Assembly (NCBI GenBank): GCA_964252035.1
Contig: OZ176205.1
Source: Podarcis erhardii
Lineage: Eukaryota
Length of the DNA: 64,000 bases
Direction: 5' to 3' (one strand)
Shown here: positions 26,779-42,307 of the stretch, one piece after another
Numbering within the stretch: position 1 is the first letter of the stretch
Layout of the letters: each line of letters starts with the position of its first letter
Made by a program: the position numbers and the translations under genes
The notes under the pieces: model-generated
Database searches by the model: none
Seen by the model: the letters and a program-made list of their open reading frames with translations, nothing else
Told to the model about the DNA's origin: nothing

Positions 26779-28389
26779 CTGTGTAATAAAAAGTAAAACA
26801 AAAAAAAAAAAACAAAAAACAAAAAGGTATGTCACAGGAACAAGACCAGCTCCTTTTCAAAGGCCAAAACACAACCATCAATAATAAGGTGCTATCCACT
26901 TGAAATGGCTTAGCTGCCACACATTTAAGTTAGCCTTTCGTTTCATATGCCAGAATAAATATTAAGTATGAAGAAGCTCCATTTTGGGGAAATCGAACGT
27001 AAATGCAAATCCTCTGGCAATTGGAAATTATTACACTGCATTCACCATTCCAGCCTGAAGTTCAGCCACTGAAACCCAGGTTAGTCCTGCTGGAGGAATT
27101 CAGTTTTTGCACTGAACGGCATGCTGTGGAACACAATTGCAGTTCCCAAGTAATGAATGGCAATGCTCATTTTGTGTCATTGTTGTTTATATCCATAAAG
27201 CAAAATGCAAACCATTCTTCATTTGTGCTTGAGCTGCAGTTAAAAATAATCATATGGCACAACCAGTTGTCCAAACAGTATCTCCCTGCTAAATTCAGGA
27301 AGTAAAAATGTAACCAAAATGGAAAATAATAGCCTCAATCTAGCAGAGCCTCTGGAGGCCCTGCACAGATGCAAATGCCCTCATTTATCAGTATATGGCC
27401 AACAGCTGGCTGCAATTTTGTGCCCAGGCACCCACTGTTCAGCTTCAAATCCTGGTTTCAAATGCTTAAGGGGGCATGCTTAACATTAGCTTTCATGTTA
27501 ATTAACCATGGTTAAATTCAGCTGGTGTTAGCCTGAACTGCCTGGGAATGTGCCTTAAGTTTTGCTTAGAGTCTAATCTGATCCCAGCTGCTGTGGTGCC
27601 AACTTGCCCTTGTTTTGGCCCCCACATACCATAGAAAATTTAGCTGTTGCATTCATCAACATGGAAGAAGCAGGACCGCATTGAGTCACATGCTCTTCTC
27701 TTGGTATCCACGTGTGCTGCATGAATGTCTGCAGAGAGGGGTCCTTCGTCTCTATAACTATACATGCGAGAACTCCATCCCACCCCAACATTTGTGCTGT
27801 AGATGCCGACAACATGGCAGGGCACAGACTGGAGTGTGTGAGATGGGAGAGGGCTGCTTGCAGCAGCCTCACTTCTTCTTCCCTTGCTGATGAACATGGG
27901 AGCTTTAATGCCTCCACTGGGCTCTTCTCTTGGCCCATGGAGCCATCTGTCAGTGACACTTCCAGCCCACTTCTCCACACCCAAAAGTAGAGTCATTCAT
28001 TACTACGCAGCCTCTACAATGCAGGTCACGGTTTGCACAAGCAGAGAGATGTTGCAGCACCAAAAAAGAGATACCTGCCAAAAAGGTAGCTCAAAATGCA
28101 AAAGAGTAAAATTAAATCCCCGGGCTGTCGAGCTAATGTATAGCTTTGGGCTGCAATATTATACCTGCGTACTTACAGCTAAGTAACTAATGGGAGTAAA
28201 CAGGATTGCAGTATGAAAACACCTTAACTACACTTTCACATGTTGTGAAGTCAGTCTCTAGCCTGGAAAACACAAGCAAGGAATGAATTTGCAGTACACT
28301 ACATTATAGTAAACTGACTTAGGTGAAAGGCTCTGGAAAAATTAGGACTGATCTGACTGATCTGTTTGCCTAGTTTTGCTGATTTTTTA

Positions 28390-28674
<285 letters not shown>

Positions 28675-29415
28675 CTACAAAACAGTGTCAATGTCAGGCG
28701 GTTCTATCGATCCATCAAAAAACCAGACATGCAGCAGCCTGAATACAGCATGTTATTAAAATGCTTATATTACGATAATGAAACTAAAACACTTGCTTTG
28801 GATTATTTGGTTACTGAGATGGAACAAGTAATGCATGGTATAAGTATCAGTCGTGTGTTAGACCTGTGCAAATGTACATTTTCCCAAAAGTTTGCAAGAC
28901 TCCATGCATCAAAGGCCAATTTAAACTTGATGAACACTGATAAAAGACTCACAGCTCGTGTGCTGGTCCATGTATGAAGGAAGCAGCTAACAGCCTATGT
29001 AGCAGCTGTGTGGGATGCCAGCATGTTTGCTTCAGCCCATGGAATGAGAGCCTTTTTAAAGATTATATAAAACTGTGTTCCAATCCACAGACAGAAGCTT
29101 CCTAACACTACACGGTCAAGGCCAACCTTGATGACACAGAAATTTGAGGAACTGCAGTGCTGAACAAGGTTTCATAGCAACTTCTGAATGCACATTCCAG
29201 TTGGATCCTGATTTAGCACAGCATGTTGGAGAACCAGCTTAGCCATGATCCCAACGGCACAAAGTATGTGGGCTGGTTCACAAGCAACTTGAGTCAGTGC
29301 TGCTGCCACTTAAACGACTGAGTTCAGTGCAGCTAAGCAGCTGAAATGCAAATACTGAAGCTTCTATACTTTGCATTGTGCATTTGAGTTGCTCCGTGTT
29401 TATTTACATGCAGAA

Positions 29416-29760
29416 CAGGGGTGGGGAACTATTTTCTGGCCTGCATTAACACCTGGAAATTCCCCATTCCAGCTGTGAGTGTGGCCAGAGGCAAAAGTGG
29501 GCGAAACAACTGATGTGATTCTCACCTGTGTATGCTAGGCTGTATTCAAACCAGAGGTTTCTATGTCCACATCCCTCCCTCTCTCTCCATTCAAACAAAC
29601 AAGAGGCTTTATCGAAGCTCAAGAACACTTGAGAAGGATGCTGAGCAGAGCGGGTGAGAGGTGGGGTCCAGGGGGAGGGGCCATGACATGAGAAAGGGCG
29701 TGGCCTGGGGATAATCCAGAGGCCTGCATTTGGCCCTCAGGCCTGTGGTTCCCCACCCCA
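29416..29760. mobile_element. hAT-type MITE (caggggtggggaac TIR)
   Basis: caggggtggggaact...ggttccccacccca inverted ends. Confidence 0.65.
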
Positions 29761-29812
29761 ATGCAGGGCACTGATCGTATATACTATGCAACCATAAGGG
29801 AATACTGTACTA

Positions 29813-30052
<240 letters not shown>

Positions 30053-30517
30053 TCATTCATCACCAGGTTCAGGCAATGCTCTGCTGCAAAGTCTGAAACC
30101 AAAGTAGCTTCCATTCTGCTGAAGTCCTACTCTAATGGAACATAGTAACATGTAATTAAACTTTAGTTTTTTGTTTTTGCTCTGCTGATTGTTTATTTGA
30201 AATATAGGTTTACCCACAAGGTGTTCTTTTTCGGGGGGAAAGCCACTGTACCAAAGACCTATCCTCTTTGAGAAGAAACATGAAACCAAACTACTTTAGG
30301 AATTATTGGGCAAGTAAATAAGTATGGCAAATTCCTTTGTGCATGGCCGAAATTAATAACAGAAAGAGCTTTTAGCTAATGTGCCACCAATGTATTGTAC
30401 CAGCAGCCAAAGTGGAGCAATGCAATTCTATCACATGAATTTTTGGAAAAAGTTCTTTTAATATAAACAACACTATGTTTTCTGGGGGGCTTACATCATT
30501 GCTTTGTGGAAAGGCTA

Positions 30518-30778
<261 letters not shown>

Positions 30779-30839
30779 TCAGTGTACGTTTACTTACTCA
30801 AATTTTCTTAAGACAGCAGAATATCCAGTAAAACTGTAC

Positions 30840-30940
30840 CTGTACATCAAGTCCACCAGCATCTCTGGGTCTTCTTGGTGCTCCTTCATCTTAACTGTAT
30901 CAGACAGGATCATATGGAGGTTGAACACAAGATCTTGGAC
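30840..30940 (-). CDS. DOCK7: DOCK7 exon
   Basis: ttcag|gtccaa...tacag|gtacag; [33 protein letters not shown]; 101 nt, followed by a 90-nt intron. Confidence 0.95.
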
Positions 30941-31678
30941 CTGAAATGGGAGGGAAAGTATCTGAAACAAATATTCTGTGCAAAACAAGGATTTGTTGGT
31001 TACTTCGAATTTGTCTGACAGGAATTCAATTGCGAAAATCGCTTGCCATTGTTTATTTTTAAAAAACAAATCCTGCCAGGGAGACATCATGTTCCCCTCC
31101 AGTATTTCTAATTTTGCATTCATCGCCAGTCAATATTTGTTAATTCTATGTTCATTCATTCATCCAGCAAAGTTGGACTGAATTATTTGAGTGGATGAGC
31201 AGTTTCTTAGAAATGTCAAGTCAGACTTCATTTTTTGTTGTTGTTCATTTCACCAATTAATCTGTCTGGTTTAGAACCTTAACACAATTATCTATTGTTA
31301 TTTTATTTTATGTGAGACATTTTTAGAGCAACTTCCATCAGATTGGATTTCAGAGTGATGCAGAGCACAACACAAATACAAAAGAAACCCTCACCACACA
31401 AAAAAAACCACACTAGGGATATGCAATCTGATGCCCCACAGATGTTGCTGGACTTCAACTCCCATCAGCCCCAGTCAGCACATCCATTGGTCAAGGATTA
31501 TGGGACCTGAAGCCCCCCACAAATCTGATTACATTTTCATTTATCACTCCATGTTCACATTCAGGTTTTGCATCATCAGAAATTCCAATATGGATCAACA
31601 TCCTATTGAGTCTAAAAGCAAGTAAGCTGAAAATTGTGGGTCTTAAGGAAATAAAATAACCCATACTTATCTATGTCA

Positions 31679-31990
<312 letters not shown>

Positions 31991-32205
31991 TCAGAACTCC
32001 ATCCATCCATATGATTAATTTATAGCTGAGTTGTTTAACTCCAGATTAAAGTGTTCTCCTTTAAAGATGACACAAGCCTTTTGGTCCGTGTGTGACTATT
32101 CCCATTTAAAATATATGACCCTCAAAAAATCAGTGCTCCTCACTTGTCCTCTCTTGCACCAGTTTGGATAGGCATTGCACCTCATGCTTGCAGAAACACT
32201 ATACC

Positions 32206-32696
<491 letters not shown>

Positions 32697-32830
32697 CTAG
32701 AAGGACAGCGCGAGAGACAAGCATTCAGCAGTCGTGGCTGCACCCCAAACACCAACACAAGGCCCTCTGTGTAGCAAAGCAATGCTGCAGGTAAATCGCA
32801 CCACAATCATTGTGGGCTCAACATGACCTA

Positions 32831-33157
<327 letters not shown>

Positions 33158-33273
33158 TTAACTTTAGGGCTGTTGCAGACAGAGGTCACAGCAAAGGGAA
33201 CATGTGCAATGGAGAGAGAATGGCCACTTCAGAATACACTTTCTACAGGGGGTATTGCTAGTCTTGCCTACTA

Positions 33274-33441
<168 letters not shown>

Positions 33442-34046
33442 TTAAAAATAAATTTTCTTTGGAGAAACGAGGAAAAGAAACTTTTTGTTGTAGCTGGAGA
33501 AATAAGATTGCTTATCAGATAATCACCATGCTCTAGCAGAACACTTTAGCAGCGGGAACCACCAAAAACAGGCTCAATACAAAAGCAGGGATGGGGAACC
33601 TCTGGCCCTCCAGATGTTATCAGACCAGCTCCTATCAGGGCCCAGGTAGTATGGCCAATGGTCAAGGGCCTCTGCCTGTGATCCTAGAGATCCACAGCCA
33701 ATCAAAGCAGATATTACTGGGCTGGATGGACCAATGGCTTACATGATATAAGAACTTTAAGATGAAATAAAGCTAATAATGCTTGCAACAAAATGAAGAG
33801 CAGAGTAATAAAAGATAAAGAGAAAAAGGAAATCACATTAGCATGTTAGTGATAGGCTTGGGAGTACAGTGAGAGAAAAACAGCAGTGGGGGACCCATGG
33901 CACTCCCAATGTTGTTGGACTACAACTCCCATCATCCCGAACTGTTGGCCATAGTGGCTGGATCCTATGGGAGTTGGGATCCACTGGCATACAAAGGACC
34001 ACAGGTTCCCCATCACTTGCTTAAGGAGATGTTACTTAACAGCTGA

Positions 34047-34049
<3 letters not shown>

Positions 34050-34082
<33 letters not shown>
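34050..34082. repeat. (GT)16 microsatellite
   Basis: Direct read. Confidence 0.95.
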
Positions 34083-34085
<3 letters not shown>

Positions 34086-34133
34086 TATTTTATAGGAATC
34101 TGATGAGAAGCTTGAAGATAAACTGAAACCACG

Positions 34134-34389
34134 ACGAAGGACGAAAATTAATAAGAATGATCTTGCTGAACTAATTATTACATAGAATACAAGACCGGGA
34201 GGCGGGTGGAAGTAAGGAAAATAAGGTTTTGAATAATACAACTGGAATGTGAGTTCTTTTTTATATGTTAAAATTTTCTTTTTCCTTTTTATTTGTGTAC
34301 TTTTTTATTTTTATTTTTATGTAATGTTTGCTTTTTCATGTTTTTTTGTGTGTAAAACTTAATAAAATATTATATTAAAAAAAAAAAAC
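34134..34389 (+). mobile_element. 5'-truncated L1-like 3' UTR with poly(A)
   Basis: T-rich tract, AATAAA at 34361, A-tail, TSD CTGAAACCACG at 34123-34133 and 34390-34400. Confidence 0.7.
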
Positions 34390-35264
34390 CTGAAACCACG
34401 GCACTGTTAAAAATTTTCAGTGGGATTGTTGCACTTGCTAAGTTTGTAGGAAATTATGGTCTCCCAAATCTTATCAAACCACTTCTATTCAGAAGGTTGC
34501 TTGGGTCCCTGCTGTGCTACCAGGCAAAAGCCTATTAAAACAGAGGAGACTTTCAACAGCATTTTGTGATGTGGAATGGGGCAGCTCTTCAAAGAAAAAT
34601 AGCCCACTGGATGGACAAACTGAGACAAGGTCTCAGGAAACCCTCTTCTCTCGAAAAACCAAGAGAATTTTCTTCCATGAAAAATATGTGCACTATCACT
34701 GATCTATGGCTCTTCCTGAAGTAGTTCTTTGAATCCTAACTAACACGATTTGTATATATCCTCCCTTTCATAAAGTTATGGGGTCTTTTCCTGCTAATGG
34801 TGCCCACCGTTTCCTCATGAAAGCCAAAGGATTAAAATTACAAAGTGTGCTGCAGAAACACAGTTTGGTAAGGGAAACTAGGGCTACACTGAAGAAAATG
34901 AGTATCTTTTTATTCATCTTTACATCAGTGAAGACAGCATGGCACTTTATGATGTGAACACATGGTGGCGCTAAGAGAATAAATTTCTGGCGAACATTAC
35001 TAGGTAGTAGGTACCAGTGGAAATGTCTATGTGATGTATGAAACGTCCTGCTGATGTCCTGCTTCCCACTATACATGCTTCTCAAAAGCCAGCAATGATC
35101 TGTCATAAATGGTAGCAGAACATGCTACTGTATGCACCAATCTGGAGCAGACAATATGCACTGCTAGCAACAGACCAACCAACATCATTTTTACTGGCAC
35201 GGTGGGCAGGGGCACATTGTTGGAAAAGTGGAATTTAGTCCTAATTATTCCACTTGACTTCCAT

Positions 35265-35340
35265 TGAAGTATGTGTTGGAAGCTGGCCAGAGTGGCTGGG
35301 GCAACCCAGCCAAATGGGCAGGGAATGATAATAATAATAA

Positions 35341-35393
<53 letters not shown>
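35265..35393 (+). mobile_element. L2 3' end with (AAT)n tail
   Basis: ggaagctggccagagtggctggggcaacccagccaaatgggcaggg followed by about 20 AAT units. Confidence 0.75.
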
Positions 35394-35394
<1 letters not shown>

Positions 35395-35539
35395 TCTTCA
35401 ATTGGTCAATACTAGCTGCCTGCTAAAAATCCTAGTAGGATCATCAAGCTCCTCCTTCCCTCTAGGGGTGTGTGCGTGTGTGCGCGCGCAAGGGCAACTT
35501 CTATTGCAGTCCTTACATGAAGAGAAAGCTTCTGTAGAG

Positions 35540-35617
35540 CCTGGAGATGGCAGGGCTTGTACCTGGGACCTTACTACATGCAAAGCATATGCACTACCAC
35601 TGAGTCACGCCTTTCCC
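35540..35617 (-). mobile_element. Squam3-like SINE head fragment
   Basis: Reverse complement of the head of 46779-46963 (actcagtggtagtgcatatgctttgcatgtagtaaggtcccagg). Confidence 0.6.
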
Positions 35618-36916
35618 ACATTTTGCCACATTTATTTCTGAGCCAGACAGAGCCTTCGGCAGAAAAGGAGAAAGCTGTCCAGGAGCCCAAAACTCGATGA
35701 TGCATCAGCAGGCTGGACTGAGATCTTGCACAAGGATGAACATCTCCAGGGCTAAATCTGTTTTAAGAGCACTGTCCATACACTCACATTGTGCTAGGCA
35801 AAACTGAATTGTACAGAAGGCAGTGAATGCCCTGGTCTTGCAGGTGCTGCAAAGGCTTTGAAAAGGAGAGTGCTCTAGAATTCTTAAAAGGAGATCTACA
35901 GATCTCTAGTTTATTCCTGCCTCCAGTTTATACACCATGTGACCTTTTTGCATTTCGGCTGGTGGACCCTTTAACCAAACACCTCCAGAACTTTTACCGG
36001 GATCAAATTAAGACTACATCAAAAAGATGTAATGTTAATTGGACTGTCAGGGAACTGCAATTTTCACACCAAAGTTCAGACGTGCCCAGCGCTATGCAGG
36101 GGGAAAGGGACATCCTGTAGCAGCATACACACACACCCCCTCACACTTCACAGCCAGGTCATGTTGCAAAAAACAAACAAACCCACAGACCTTCTGCAAA
36201 GCACCTCAGTCAAACAAAACCTGCACTCAGAGCCTTATTAGAAGACAAAAAGCATGCCAAGCAAAGCTGCAACCGTAAGTCCTACACCTAACCAACACCC
36301 CACCCCAACCATTTCAAACCCCAGCAGGCACTCGTACAACAAAAGGAACCACTGAAGTCACAGGCAGGCATACAAAGCTGCTGCCAAGCGCCAAAAGCCA
36401 GAATTGCAATAGCAAAAGTACAAAAGCACAACAGGGGAAAAAATTAAACACAGCAGTACACCAGAGCTACAGTACCTGGCTGGTTTGTGGCTTCTAAAAA
36501 CACAGCACATGTGGGAAAAATAATCAAAGTGATGGATTAGGGTAGGAGAGGAGTCAGCTTGGAGAACTCCAGAATGCTCTAATGGAGTAAGTGACCAATG
36601 GCACACATGCAATTACACCTAGTTACTCTTGGCTGCAACTTGAAGCATCCTATAGCCGTCTTATCAGTGCATTGGTCATCTTCCCTTACAGCACAATCCT
36701 ATACAAGTCTAGTCAGGAGCAAGTCCCATTGAGTTGAATGACACTTACTACCAGGGAAGTGGGTGTAGGATTGCAACCTCCTTTTCTTTTAAATAAACAA
36801 CACACGTGTGTGATAGCACTATTCTTATGAGGTTAGTCCTATCTCAGTTCAGGTCCAAACCTGCTCATACTGTGAGGAGCAAGGCAGTCCCTATCTTGGC
36901 CAACTGGCCATTTCAA

Positions 36917-37177
36917 CGTTAAAATGTTTGGGTACCAGGCAGAGGGCCTTCTTGGTAGTGGCGCCAGCCCTGTAGAACGCCCTCCCACCAGATGTCAAAG
37001 AGAAAAATAACTACCAAACTTTTAGAAGACATCTGAAGGCAGCCCTGTTTAGGGAAGCTTTTAATGTTTAATAGGTTATTGTATTTTAGTGTTCTGTTGG
37101 AAGCCGCCCAGAGTGGCTGGGGAAACCCAGCCAGATGGGCGGGGTATAAATAATAAATTATTATTATATTATTATTT
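36917..37177 (+). mobile_element. L2-clade LINE 3' end
   Basis: gggtaccaggcagagggccttcttggtagtggcgcc...gggcggggtataaataataaattattatt; ends about 19 nt from the DOCK7 donor at 37196. Confidence 0.85.
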
Positions 37178-37194
37178 TGGGTAAGGTAGCATTA

Positions 37195-37308
<114 letters not shown>

Positions 37309-37528
37309 TTAAAAAATTGCTTTTAACTTTTTTATCTTTGACTGCTGCGTTTGACGAATTAAATGAGGTATCATGACTACACCCTTCGCACACAATGAAT
37401 GGTTAACCTCACATTAAATGATTATTGCACTTTAAAATTAATTATCATCAGTGTTGACTAATCCTTTCAATACAAAATGAACCGGCTTCCAAGCAAACGT
37501 GTGAGTAAATCAACACTATCTACCAAAA

Positions 37529-38111
37529 CTGGAGAAGGAAACCTTTTTCAACTGGAGGGCCACATTCCTTCATAAACACCCTTCCAGGGGCCACACACCA
37601 GGGGTGGACCAGGGGCCTGAGAAAAAAGGGAGCTGGACAACAGATGTAACATTTCCCTTTGTACATTAGGCTACATTTCAGTCACACGCACACAAAATGT
37701 GGAGGAGAGACACTGGTTTTACACATATACAATTCCATCCAAATACAGTGGTACCTTAGGTTACATACGCTTCAGGTTACAGACTCCGCTAACCCAGAAA
37801 TATTACCTCAGGTTAAGAACTTTGCTTTAGGATGAGAACAGAAATCGTGCTCCGGCAGTGTGGCGGCCCTATTAGCTAAAGTGGTGCTTCAGGTTTCAGG
37901 TTAAGAACGGACCTCTGGAACGAATTAAGTACTTAACCCGAGGTACCACTGTAGTAAAAGGAACCATCAAAATGCAAGGACATGCAAAGAAGTGCGGAGT
38001 ACGGTGAGAGCCAGGGTCCTGAATGGGGCATCACCTGGAGGGAGCCTTGAGGGCCAAATGTACAGGTTTGAAGAGCTATATTTGGCCCTCGAGCATGAGG
38101 TTCCCCACCTT
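37529..38111. mobile_element. Older hAT-type MITE (ggggaacc TIR family) interrupted by 37744-37953
   Basis: Left end ctggagaaggaaacctttttcaactggagggccacatt; right end ggccctcgagcatgaggttccccacc. Confidence 0.55.
37744..37953. mobile_element. Tc1/mariner (Tigger-like) MITE nested in an older hAT MITE
   Basis: TA-cagtggtacct...aggtaccactg-TA perfect TIR with TA TSD. Confidence 0.85.
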
Positions 38112-38534
38112 TGTTCTATAATATCTGATTAACACTATCAGGATAGTTTACTATTCATAAATTAAAGACTAGCTCAGTATCAAGGAATGTCGCATCGCTG
38201 ACTCCAGAGGGCTCCACTGCAGAGGGCCCAGTACAACCAATATTTCCCCTGCCCTGTCAGAGTAAAGGACTGCTGGCATGGGGCAGCTTTCATGAAAAGC
38301 GGACTGAATCACTGCTCCTATACAGGACTCAGTTGGAGGCCGACTGCTGCTGAAGCAACATCCAAGCTCTGCCTCTTTCTGGCATTCAGCCTGAGCCTGC
38401 ACAAGGCAGATTTGCTTTGCTTGGCCTGCCTTGTCACTCCAGAGGTCAATGCTTGCAGGAGGACTGCGGCCGCTCTCCCTGTCCATCACACAGAGCCGCC
38501 TTAGCACAGTGCATGAAGGGGGCCTCCCATTTCA

Positions 38535-38711
<177 letters not shown>

Positions 38712-38931
38712 TCACAAGAAAGAGAATAGAACATAAAACAAGTCAGCCCTTTTTAAAAACAAAGAAAGCCCATTATAATTTAATACAGAAATAAAGCAAA
38801 TTATTTAGGCAGCTTCCTATATCTAACACAGAATTTGCAGTATCCACAAATTCTACTTCTAATCTTTCTTTTGGGGGAAGCTAAGACAGTTAAACTTGCT
38901 ACAAAGTGGTATATACTGTATTTCTAGCATT

Positions 38932-39070
38932 CAGGGCTTCTTTTTCAGTTGGAACTTGCCGGAACTCAGTTCCGGCACTTCTCAGGTGGGACGCCACTGT
39001 CATTCTAAAAGAATGAGGGAAGCATTCATGGTAAGTTCCGGCACCTCGTTTTCCTAGAAAAATAGCACTG
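38932..39070. mobile_element. Short MITE (cagggct...agcactg ends)
   Basis: Imperfect terminal inverted ends, internal duplicated agttccggcac motif. Confidence 0.6.
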
Positions 39071-39663
39071 GTAGTGTTGAATCATCCTACGTTTGCGTTC
39101 TTGCCTATCCTTGGCTAACTAGAGAATTGTGAATCATGGAGAAATGGGAATCAATCAGTTGTTCCTTCAGCAAAGCAGAGAAAGACCCTTCCCAGCAAAC
39201 AGGGAGGAGATGGTACTAACTCAATGGCTCTCAAGAATGTTCAGTGGGTACAATCCCAACCAAGGATTGTATGCTGAGCAAAGCAGGGCAAAGACTCTAG
39301 AAGCTCAAAAACAGGAATTTAGTTTCCCTTTCTGATGGGAATTCGGTTTGGTGGAGACTTAAAGGGTGAGAAACACGAAGGAATCATTATTAGAAGATCC
39401 ACTTTTAACTGAGTAATGGTTGTGTGGTTCTGAATTCAGCAGCAACCATTTTGTGTGAGGGTGCTGTTCCTGACCCCTGCGTATGTTGACAGAGCATGAA
39501 TAAGCCAAACTTGCCCTGCCCCATGTTCCGGCCACTTCTAGGCTGGCAGCGATGAGCATGTACATGATCGCACATCAATCAGACACATGTAAACTGCTTC
39601 CTGCCTGTACTGCTTCACTTCTCTGAAAAGCATGTGAGCATAATTGTCTCGCTGCTACTATAC

Positions 39664-39846
39664 CTTGTATTCGAAGCAAGAAACACAGAGGTAGAGCAAA
39701 TCCAGTAAACGATTAAGCTGCAGCACAGAAAGGTCCGTGAACCATTTTTGTAGGACACTTTCATCAGCGTTCTTCAGGACCCACAAGAGGCAGATGAGAA
39801 GGTTCCGACTTGACTCGGCTGAAAATGTTGAATGTTGCCTATTTGT
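39664..39846 (-). CDS. DOCK7: DOCK7 exon
   Basis: cttcag|acaaat...tacaag|gtatag; [61 protein letters not shown]; 183 nt. Confidence 0.96.
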
Positions 39847-40099
39847 CTGAAGACACAGGAAGAACCAGTTAGAATCAGGACCACTTCTTCTGTTTGGAAT
39901 ATTACTCAACCAGCTACTCTTCTGTTCTTCTGGAAGGAGTTTGGTTGAATTTATTTTAATTATTAATTATTATTATTTGTATGTTTTATTGTGCCTTAAA
40001 TATTCTATGGGACAGCCAAGTTATATAAATAATAACATTATTGTAATTATTACACTGGTTTTAAGTACTGGCATAGCCATGAAGTGGATCACTGTGAAC

Positions 40100-40230
40100 N
40101 NNNNNNNNNNNNNNNNNNNNNNNNNNNNNNNNNNNNNNNNNNNNNNNNNNNNNNNNNNNNNNNNNNNNNNNNNNNNNNNNNNNNNNNNNNNNNNNNNNNN
40201 NNNNNNNNNNNNNNNNNNNNNNNNNNNNNN
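40100..40230. other. Assembly gap (131 N)
   Basis: N run within the DOCK7 intron between exons 39846 and 40748; flanking exon phases are compatible. Confidence 0.99.
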
Positions 40231-40747
40231 CATTTAAAATTAATTAATTAAATAGTTTAGGTAGTTTGCTACATTTTAACCATTGCTTCACACTGCTATC
40301 CTGAAGTGATTTGAAATAATGAAGTATAAAACACACATTTTAAAAATATATATATATATAAAATGCTAAGCCATCTAAAGGAGCACACAATATCCACACA
40401 GGATAGACATCAGTAGGCACCAAAATACTCAAACTGATTGAACAGACCTAATGCAACTCCTCTGAATTTTAACTAAAAATGTGTTTCACAATGGAGAAGC
40501 AAGGTTTTAAATCTTGATGTGCAGCCAAAGAGTTTATTATTACACCACTATCTCCCAGGAACAGAGATAATTTTGCTGCAGCACAATCTATCTGTCACCT
40601 CCTCCCACCCACCCTCTATGTTTCAAGAGAGAGTAGTGCCATCTGTTCTGTGATCAGGACTGCCACCCACTCTTGCTGCTTTGCAAACACAGGACATGCG
40701 CATTTGTCTGTTCACAGGCGTTCTAGAGGAAAAACACTTCTCTATAC

Positions 40748-40902
40748 CGATGATGTTAGGAGAAAACTGCTGGGACGGGTGAGTTGTGGGACGGAGGTTC
40801 CTGCAATAGCCATGGCAACCGTCTGGCTTATCATGCTTCCACCCTCGCTCTCATAGTCCTCCACTGCTGTGCAGCTTGGCCGTCCACGCTGGTTGTGGTT
40901 TT
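40748..40902 (-). CDS. DOCK7: DOCK7 exon
   Basis: ctacag|aaaac...tcatcg|gtatag; [51 protein letters not shown]; 155 nt. Confidence 0.94.
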
Positions 40903-42076
40903 CTGTAGAGAAACAAGCAATTCCCAATGAATCACCACTGCAACAAGGTTATCCCACTCAGCTACCACCCTCCCAAATTTTTCCCTTAAGTATTGTTTAA
41001 CTTGGAGGCTAAGCAGTAATAACGCCTTTCACACTGGACTGCAAGTGAGCAAGTAAAGCTATGTTCAAGGTACACTCCTAAGTTATCTGGATGAAAGTGT
41101 GGCATTGCCTCTTTCCCTGGGTTTAGAATACCAATCATGCAAACAGTTTGCCAATAGAAACATATGAACCTGCCTCCTTCTATGCAGTCCAGCACTGTAG
41201 GTTTGTTGTCAGGAGTTGGCATTGTCAGGCAGCTGCCATTCTAGCTGGTGCCCCACTGTGACCCCTAGAGATCCCCAGTTCTCCTCCTCTTCCTCATTGT
41301 TGTTGCCTGTTCCCTGGCCTCCTCAGGCATGCCAACAGTAACAAGAACAAGGAGAAGGAAAACTATACTCCTGGACTATGGTACAAACTGGGCCCAGAGA
41401 TCTAAGGTAAATGGACAGGGAATGGACACACTGGCAGGAAAGTGGACTTTTTGCTCAAGGGCCTTTCAAAATCTGGGACCAACACCAATTCCATACAGAA
41501 AATTTGTAAAGTTAGATGTGCTTAGCTTAAACAGCAGAACTGTATCTTGCACTTTCAGGCTGTTAAAATACTGGTGTACAGACAAACCCAACATTTCAGT
41601 CAGTGAGCCCACTCAATTATCATCTTGTATGAGGCCCACTTTCCACTAAATTTCTTTTTCAGCAAGGCTTGGAGGGGATCTGATCAATTGGCCCAGATCT
41701 GACTGCATCTGCCATTAAAGCTCAATTGCTGTGGGTTTTATTTTTGTTGTGCTTTATTATTGATGTGACTGTATTCCAACTTGACATTACATTTTGATGA
41801 AAAGGGGTGTGTGTGTTAGAAATAAAATAAGTAAGAACTCAACATGAGATAGCAACAGGTCAGTGGAGAAGACATTGGCACACATTCTGCTCTGTGTAGC
41901 TTTGGGACTATGTGCAAAATTTAATCGCTGATGCAAATTTCCTGAAGATTTAAGCACTCATTTCCTGGATGTCACTGAGGAATCCCTTGGTTTGTTTTTA
42001 AGTTATTTGTTCAAGTGAAAGACAGAACTCAGGCAGCAGCACAACATGTCTGGCAGTTAATCTGCCATTTTTCTTA

Positions 42077-42307
<231 letters not shown>

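Noticed and set aside
27573-27996. Overlapping 90-135 aa ORFs on both strands (e.g. ...SAREEEVRLLQAALSHL...) considered as an alternative DOCK7 terminal exon or nested gene
   Set aside because: No good polypyrimidine acceptor; the best AG (27947) gives an early stop in the DOCK7 phase; no recognisable domain.
35069-35641. Poly-Tyr and poly-Ile ORFs (also at 63549-63752)
   Set aside because: Translations of (AAT)n L2 tails.
40100-40230. Gap possibly hiding a DOCK7 exon; ORFs spanning the Ns
   Set aside because: Flanking exons splice in frame and give continuous DOCK7 sequence; the ORFs are artefacts of N translation.
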